Shown: positions 58,587 through 64,000 of the stretch, one piece after another | Numbering within the stretch: position 1 is the first letter of the stretch | Layout: every line of letters begins with the position of its first letter | Assembly: GCA_965644315.1 (NCBI GenBank) | Contig: CBFFRQ010000056.1 | Location: 372,001 to 436,000 of the forward strand | Origin: Caecitellus pseudoparvulus | Lineage: Eukaryota > Protista > Bigyra: Bicosoecida | DNA: 64,000 nt | Reading direction: 5' to 3' | Made by a program: the position numbers and the translations under genes | Notes under the pieces: generated by a model | Seen by the model: only the letters and a program-made list of their open reading frames with translations | Database searches by the model: none | What the model was told of the DNA's origin: nothing

Positions 58587-59853
58587 TATACGCAAAATCC
58601 AACGGCCTTCGGCCTATGCCTTCGGCATGGGAGGTCTACTCCCCGTCCCTCTGTGCCCGGCTGCTGGCCCTTCAGAAAGCCACGGCAAAGGCTGCAGGCG
58701 TGGGGGGCGCTGCGCCAGTATGGGCGCTGCGCCGCACGACGCACCACCGCACGCAAGGCAAGTCAGGTACAAGCTGGTCGGCCTTAATGTAAATGCTCCA
58801 CCAGGCGCACCAGGCTGCAACACTGGCGTATCACAAGCGGTAAGCCTGGTCTCACCCTTCACCACAACAAATCGGTCAGGCAGCCTGGCCGCTTTGATGT
58901 GTCCACTGAGTCACAGCAAGCCCCGTGGAGCGACCATGGCCATGGCATTGCGCCCAGCGTCTGCACCCACATACACCTTGAAATGTCTAGGTGCTTTGCA
59001 GGGTGATCCGTGCACCCTTTAGGCATGAGCCCGATGAACAGTCCAGACTTTGATTGCTCACGAAAATGCGATCTCATGCTGCAATGCACTGGCACACCCT
59101 CCGGGATGGCCGACGGAAAAGACAACACAGGGTACACAAAGCTCACTAACGCTTGGAGGGCGGGGCCTCGTGCTCTGCGGGACGGGACGTACGAGCACAT
59201 GCTTTCGGAGCAACAAGGTGCCACTTCCACGCACAAGGCCACAGGGCAGGGCTGTGCCCCAACGGCACTACAAGTGCCATGCGCCTGGCCTGTGGATACA
59301 ACACTGCATGGCCAGTCTACTGCTTGCTGCACAGTGGCCACTCCTGTGCCGTTGGCTTGTGCAGGTCTTGCTGTATAGGCGTGCTGACTCTTTTCCGTGC
59401 TCGGTGAGCCAGTGCAAGGCCGCTTGAGCACACTGGCGCACTGGCAAGGCGATTCAGGGCATTGGTAGGTCGTGTAACAAAGGTGATTGTGCTGGTAGAC
59501 TCGGTTGTGCTTGCTGTAGCTTTGAGCAGTGCTGCATTGCTGAGCCTTGCCCTGGCCTGGTGATTGGCTGGCGTCTCGCACAGCGCCTTTGTGCTTGCGC
59601 AAGCGTACGAGCTCTGATGGCTTGTGCTATAGAGCCATGTGCACTTGCTTGCATCAGTGCCTTGGTGGCGTGATTGGGGTGGTGCAGGGAGTGCTGTCCG
59701 ATCCAGGTCGAGGCCTTGCTTGACGGGCCAGTGATTGCTCGGCAGCGGCGTCAGGCCGCCGAGCTGGGGCTGCAAGCTTGGGCGCCGACTCGTCCATGTG
59801 CATGTGCTTGAACTGTATGCATTGCTTGGTATGCGGCAAATGGAACAGCTGCC

Positions 59854-59909
59854 GTCGGTCTCGCTGCCATGCGCGCTGCGCCAGCAGCGCGCATGGCAGC
59901 GAGACCGAC
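59854..59909. repeat. Perfect 26-bp inverted repeat with 4-nt loop
   Basis: GTCGGTCTCGCTGCCATGCGCGCTGC-gcca-GCAGCGCGCATGGCAGCGAGACCGAC. Confidence 0.95.
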
Positions 59910-60235
59910 TGAAGGCAGCGCACTTGCTTGAGAATAGCAGTCCGGCCATGGCGTGGCCTGCGTGTGGTCCATGCTGGACCCAGGCATGAGCGGTGGGCGT
60001 GATGCCTCTGGCTACGCCGCCAGCACATGGAGGAGAATGCCAGCTTCCTCTGCTGCCTTGGGCTTCGAAGCCATCGCCACGCAATGCAGGGCCAATCGAA
60101 GGTGGTTCAGGCCATTGGCTACTGTCGCAGCGGAGGGGGGCGCGATTGGCATACCAAGCTTCCTACAATGCATACAAGCTGGTTCCAGATGCAGCACTTG
60201 CACAGTGCTTCGCACACGCTGCACAGCGCAAGCAA

Positions 60236-60916
60236 TCATGACGTCATCAATGCGTTTCGCGACAATATCAGCCTGGAAACCTGCGCATTGACAGATTCCT
60301 GCACGGTGAGCGCGCCGCGGAACGGAAGAACGGCATCAGGGACTCCGAAGAACCCAGCATGCACATCCACCTCACGGTGCCCGGTCAACGCCAGCAGTTC
60401 GCGCACAACATTCACGTGTCCCTTGCGACAGGCATGTCGGAAGCCATACTCGGATACGCCATTCACCTGTGAATGCATGTTTACCTCACGAGTACCCGTC
60501 AAAGCCAACAGCTCCCGCACTACCTCCACATGCCCCCTCTCGCAGGCAGCCTTGAAGCCACCCTCATGCGCTGCATGCCCATCCTCGCTCTTGACGCCCG
60601 GCCAAGCCAGCAGCTCCCGCACGACTTCAACGTGCCCTCCTCCACATGCTATACGAAACATCCCATCATACTTCAACTTCACGGCAAGACCACCAGCCCC
60701 AGCCACGCTCACCAACTCCCGCAGCAGACCAACGCTGCCCTCCGCACAAGCCACTCGAGCCGCTGGGTAGACACCCACTGCCTCCAAGGACGCCACACCC
60801 GACTTGCCCTCATCAGAGGCATCGCGCAGCAGTACCAGCAAGTTGTCCACATCCCCATCGTCGCATGCCGCCCTCCAACGATCCGCCCACGGCTTCTCAC
60901 TGCAACTGCCAGCCAT
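60236..60916 (-). CDS. Ankyrin-repeat protein, lacks the family C-terminal cap (possibly truncated/pseudogene)
   Basis: N-terminus paralogous to the 62781 gene (PWADRWRAAC vs AWLSRWRAT); repeats FRIACGGGHVEVVRELL and FKAACERGHVEVVRELL. Confidence 0.7.
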   Translation of the reverse strand: MAGSCSEKPWADRWRAACDDGDVDNLLVLLRDASDEGKSGVASLEAVGVYPAARVACAEGSVGLLRELVSVAGAGGLAVKLKYDGMFRIACGGGHVEVVRELLAWPGVKSEDGHAAHEGGFKAACERGHVEVVRELLALTGTREVNMHSQVNGVSEYGFRHACRKGHVNVVRELLALTGHREVDVHAGFFGVPDAVLPFRGALTVQESVNAQVSRLILSRNALMTS

Positions 60917-61386
60917 GGCGTGGTGGCTCCAGATTCCGCAAGACCTGAAATCACTCAAACGCACTGCACGCCTGCGGATCACGTGACACACACATGCATA
61001 GGAGCACCTGCACAGGTCATACAACTCCACTGCACATGACTGGATACTAATTGGTGTGAGTTTGACTCACAGGGGGGTACAATTGCCATGCCCCCCTCAC
61101 TGCACAGCCTGGCTACCCCTCACGCCACCCGCGCCAGACATAGCCTCCACACAAGCACCATTCGTACCGCCCACCACAGTGGTAGCCTCCTCGCAGGGCG
61201 AGCCGACAGCTGTCTGGAGCCAGCGCACCGGGCAGGTCAGCGCACCGACGCTCCCCTGCATACGGGCCAGTGTGGTGGCGGGCAGGGCGATGACAGGGCC
61301 TGGCAGCCTGCATTGCTGCCTGCAGCCCTGGTCTGTGCACACGCCATGCCCCATGACTGCCTGCCATGCCGCCCAGCTCACTCCCA

Positions 61387-62781
61387 TCACCGCCATGTAC
61401 ATGCCCGCAGCAGCACCATGCTCACTCGCCCCTGCCGAGTGCCGGTGCCGGCCCACACCGCATCCTTGGCTGATTGTACAGCCACCTGCCCAGCGGCAAG
61501 CCGTGTCTGGAGGGGAATGGCCCGGTGTCCCGTGAGGCCTAGCAGCTCACGCATGACATCCAGGCGTTCACGGCGACAGGCCATTCGGAACCCCCTCTCG
61601 CCTTCCGCGTGCACATCCACCTCCCGGTCACCAGTCAACGCCAACAGCTGGCACACCACGCCCAACTCGCCACAAATGCAAGCCAACTGAAAGCCGCTCT
61701 CTGCTCCCACATCCACAGCACGGTCACCCGTCAGCGCCAGCAGCTCTCGCACCACGCCCACACGCCCATTGCCGCATGCTCCGAGGAAGGCTGCTTCAGG
61801 CACACCCCACCCCCTCGCGTGCACATCCACCGTTCGATCTCCGCTTAGAGCTAGCAGCTCACGCACCACCTCCACATGCCCGTGCTCGCAGGCGAGTCGA
61901 AAGCTGGCTTCCGGCCCAGGCCCATCACCGGCGTGCACGTTGACGGCACGGTCTCCGCTCAGCCCCAGCAGCTCGCGCACGACAGCGAGGTGGCCGTTGC
62001 GACAGGCGAGCCGCAAGGCAGCCTCAGGCCCGTTCTCGCCTGCGGCGTGCACATCTACCGTTCGGTGTCCGCTAAGTGCCAGCAGCTCATGCACCACATC
62101 TAGGTGTCCGTGCTCACAGGCGAGCCGGAAGCCAGCCTCAGGCCCCTGACCGTCTCCTGCGTGCACATCCACAGCCTGGGGGCCGGTTCGATCCAGCAGC
62201 TCACGCACCACCTGCACATGTCCCTGTTGGCAGGCGAGCTGGAAACCGTCCAGTGGAGAGGCCCTGCTGCTCGCGTGCACGTTGACGGCACGGTCTCCGC
62301 CCAGCCCCAGCAGCTCGCGCACGAGATCCAAGTGGCCATTGCGACACGCCTCCCGGAAGCCCGCTTCATCCTGAGAGTGCACGTTCACGGCACAGGCCCC
62401 ACGCAGCGCCAGCAGCTCACGCACGAAGGGCAGCTGGCCAGCGCCACATGCTGCTCTAAAAGCACAGTCAAACACGCCCCGCATGCCCCCGCGCCGGTCC
62501 TCGGCAATGCCAAACAGCCCACCCAGCCAATTGATGAGGCTCTGCTCGGTGCTGTCTCGGCTCTCCGCCACGCTGAAGAGCCCGCGCAGCAGGTCAAGGC
62601 GAGCTTGCTCCGTGGCCAGGAGCGCAGCCAGGGAAATGTCAGACCACGCAAGTGACTCCCTCCCGGACACTGCCCACTCTGAATCCTCCTCCAGGAGTGC
62701 AAGTAAGCCAGTTCCATCCTTTGCCGTGCGGGTAGCTCGCCAACGGCTCAGCCAGGCGCCAGAACCGCTCTGCTCAGCCAT
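61387..62781 (-). CDS. Intronless ankyrin-repeat protein with ~9 atypical 34/38-aa repeats
   Basis: Repeated EAGFRLACEHGHLDVVHELLALSGHRTVDVHA units. Confidence 0.88.
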   Translation of the reverse strand: MAEQSGSGAWLSRWRATRTAKDGTGLLALLEEDSEWAVSGRESLAWSDISLAALLATEQARLDLLRGLFSVAESRDSTEQSLINWLGGLFGIAEDRRGGMRGVFDCAFRAACGAGQLPFVRELLALRGACAVNVHSQDEAGFREACRNGHLDLVRELLGLGGDRAVNVHASSRASPLDGFQLACQQGHVQVVRELLDRTGPQAVDVHAGDGQGPEAGFRLACEHGHLDVVHELLALSGHRTVDVHAAGENGPEAALRLACRNGHLAVVRELLGLSGDRAVNVHAGDGPGPEASFRLACEHGHVEVVRELLALSGDRTVDVHARGWGVPEAAFLGACGNGRVGVVRELLALTGDRAVDVGAESGFQLACICGELGVVCQLLALTGDREVDVHAEGERGFRMACRRERLDVMRELLGLTGHRAIPLQTRLAAGQVAVQSAKDAVWAGTGTRQGRVSMVLLRACTWR

Positions 62782-63242
62782 GGCGTGTTGGGTTCAATTT
62801 CCGCGTGCCTCTCTCGCTGCAGAAGGCCTGTGGCACGCACCACGCTCACCCCTGAGCTCTCACACACATTTCTCAAGCAACAAGTAGCCATATGCACATA
62901 TGTGTCCTGTCACGGCTGATTTGAATTCAGTGGTGTGGGTTGTGGTTCCCAGGCATGACACGCCCAGCCGTGATAATTCCCGTGCTGCGCACCACCGTGA
63001 TCGCGCTGCGTCCGACCGTATCAAGGCCCTGCCAGGCCCAAACTGTGCATGCATAGCCTGTCAATGCTTCCCTTCTCCAGGTGTGGGCCGCGCGCCCGCC
63101 GCCACTGGCGCCCACGCAGCAGTCACTCGGACGCACTCCTACAAAACCCAGGGACCCGGCGAGCATCGCCCTCCCGCCAGATGCTGTCACCTTTCACCTA
63201 GACTCTGCACGCGCAGCACCGCACCCTTTCCTGCGGCCCGGC

Positions 63243-63905
63243 ATGGGGTGTGCGGCCAGCTCCAGCGCAGCGGGTGCCGACGCCGGCCAGTCCCCGCAGC
63301 AAGCGGCAGCATCGGACATTGCGGCGTGCGAGCCCGAGGCGCCCGGCGCCTCCACAAATAGCAACACAAAAAGTGTTTCCTATGGGAGCGCAATTTTGGA
63401 CAGCGCAGCCGGGGACGACGTGGAGGGGTTGGCGGAGGAGTTGCGGAAAATGAAGGCAGCAGCGCAAGACGACCCGACGGCGCCCTGGTGGGGTGCTACA
63501 GCTGATGGCCAAGGGCACAGCCTGCTCATGATCGCTTGCAAGCACGGGAGCCTTGGCGCAGCGCAGCTTCTGTGCGTGGAAGCTGGGATGGCGGCTGAAA
63601 CGGCAGCTGCGCCTCCTGCACACGACCCAAGCCAGCCAGTGGACTTGCAGGCGCAGGCGGCGCCGTTGAGAGACTTGCTGACAGCGACTCGGAGGGGGAC
63701 CCTGGATACGCCGTTGCACTATGCGGCACGGGTTGGGGACGAGGCGTTGTGCCGCGCACTGGTGCTGCTGTTGCTGGCAGGCGGAGCTTCAAAGTCCGCA
63801 AAGAATGCCTTTGGTTCCACGCCGGGGGGGGTGTGCGCCCACGCCGCCGTGCAGGCTCTGTTGCACGACCCCTTTTCCGACATCACTGTGATGGGAGCAG
63901 TTTGA
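63243..63905 (+). CDS. Small ankyrin-repeat protein with N-terminal dual-acylation signal
   Basis: MGCAASSS (Gly2 myristoylation, Cys3 palmitoylation pattern), GHSLLMIACKHG, DTPLHYAARVG and KNAFGSTP. Confidence 0.8.
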   Translation: MGCAASSSAAGADAGQSPQQAAASDIAACEPEAPGASTNSNTKSVSYGSAILDSAAGDDVEGLAEELRKMKAAAQDDPTAPWWGATADGQGHSLLMIACKHGSLGAAQLLCVEAGMAAETAAAPPAHDPSQPVDLQAQAAPLRDLLTATRRGTLDTPLHYAARVGDEALCRALVLLLLAGGASKSAKNAFGSTPGGVCAHAAVQALLHDPFSDITVMGAV

Positions 63906-64000
63906 ATTCCAGCAGCGTTCAGTTGCCTGGCCGAGGGCGCTTGGCAGAGGGGGTCGGCCCGCTGCGTTGCCGAGGCCGCTTGGCGTTGCTGCCTCGACCC

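Noticed and set aside
58627-60240. Transposase or viral ORFs inside the putative insert
   Set aside because: Only short ORFs without DDE, HUH, RT or tyrosine-recombinase motifs.

Overview
GC-rich, very gene-dense eukaryotic nuclear DNA from a protist. Short GT-AG introns (mostly 60-110 nt, donors often GTGCG/GTACG) and the gene content suggest a heterotrophic stramenopile-like flagellate, but the taxon is an inference. About 27 protein genes or gene fragments can be reconstructed by hand-splicing. They include a CDK, a metallophosphoesterase, a Pro-rich repeat protein, a DHRS12-like SDR, a JmjC/cupin hydroxylase, a CEPT/EPT phosphotransferase, CSL4, a 2OG-Fe(II) oxygenase, an Enhancer-of-polycomb-like protein, a mitochondrial carrier, a long-chain acyl-CoA synthetase, PIG-M, borealin, an LYRM9-like protein, a PCO/ADO dioxygenase, an MFSD1-like transporter, a Ser/Thr kinase, VPS28 and ankyrin proteins. 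There are also two identical tRNA-Ser(AGA) genes. Four features stand out. (1) A ~5200-aa surface receptor with about 8 C-type-lectin-like domains, two glycine-rich domains, a long IPT/TIG stalk carrying a recent 1113-bp tandem duplication, and a multi-pass membrane C-terminus. (2) An atypical ankyrin-repeat cluster at 58.3-62.8 kb in which one gene appears split into N- and C-terminal halves by a ~1.75-kb hairpin-bearing insert. (3) Long near-perfect palindromes at 25.68 kb and 59.85 kb. (4) Extreme convergent gene packing, including overlapping stop codons. Exon boundaries and domain calls were made by eye and need RNA-seq and HMM confirmation.
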